Shown here piece by piece: positions 63,731-64,000 of a stretch of DNA of 64,000 bases. Position 1 is the stretch's first letter. Each line of letters opens with the position of its first letter. Source of the DNA: Ginglymostoma cirratum (Eukaryota); NCBI GenBank assembly GCA_024137785.1, contig JAHRHZ010000095.1, forward strand, positions 3,691,640 to 3,755,639. The letters are read 5' to 3'. The translations under genes and the position numbers were made by a program. The notes under the pieces are model-generated. The model saw nothing but the letters and a program-made list of their open reading frames with translations. It was not told where the DNA came from and searched no databases.

Positions 63731-64000
63731 GTTCAGCCACTTTTATTGTTGCATGCAACATTTTCCCTCAATTGCTTGTGAATCAACCCATTCAGACATT
63801 TGGCATCGGTGAGATTTGCATGAAATGTTACATTTAATCAAGGGTAATTTTGTTAGAACTTTTTTAAGCTCACAGAAGCTTCCTGCTGAAGTTACTTATT
63901 TGGAACACATACTCAAAAGGACAAGAAGATGCATACCTCGTTCATACAAAACATACTGATAAGGGACAGTCAGCGAACACAAATTCTATTCGTGACATAG

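Noticed and set aside
1-64000. CRISPR arrays, operons or other prokaryotic systems
   Set aside because: The sequence is vertebrate repeat-rich DNA; recurring short repeats are dispersed transposon termini, not regularly spaced repeat-spacer arrays.

Overview
Repeat-dense, AT-rich vertebrate genomic DNA, most likely from a shark or other elasmobranch. The inference rests on HE1-like V-SINEs with CR1 tails, abundant CR1 LINEs and the Penelope and Harbinger families present. I found no host protein-coding exon I can support; the ORFs I could identify are decayed transposon fragments or antisense reading frames of them, so this looks like an intron or gene desert. The window holds many CR1 fragments, a second CR1/Jockey-type LINE sharing its 3' tail with a tRNA-derived SINE, L2, Rex1/Babar and RTE fragments, and several Harbinger (HARBI1 nuclease + Myb/SANT) remnants. 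It also holds a pogo/Tigger transposase remnant, a Gmr1-type Gypsy element (INT-RT-RNaseH order) and at least three Penelope-like (PLE) families whose termini carry minimal hammerhead ribozyme cores. The most interesting signals are short PLE-derived fold-back insertions with two back-to-back hammerheads. One has perfect 82-bp arms and sits at a large deletion in the Gypsy element. Another has a loop that exactly matches DNA 720 bp upstream, suggesting templated capture of local sequence. All family assignments were made by eye from motifs, without database searches, and most boundaries are approximate.
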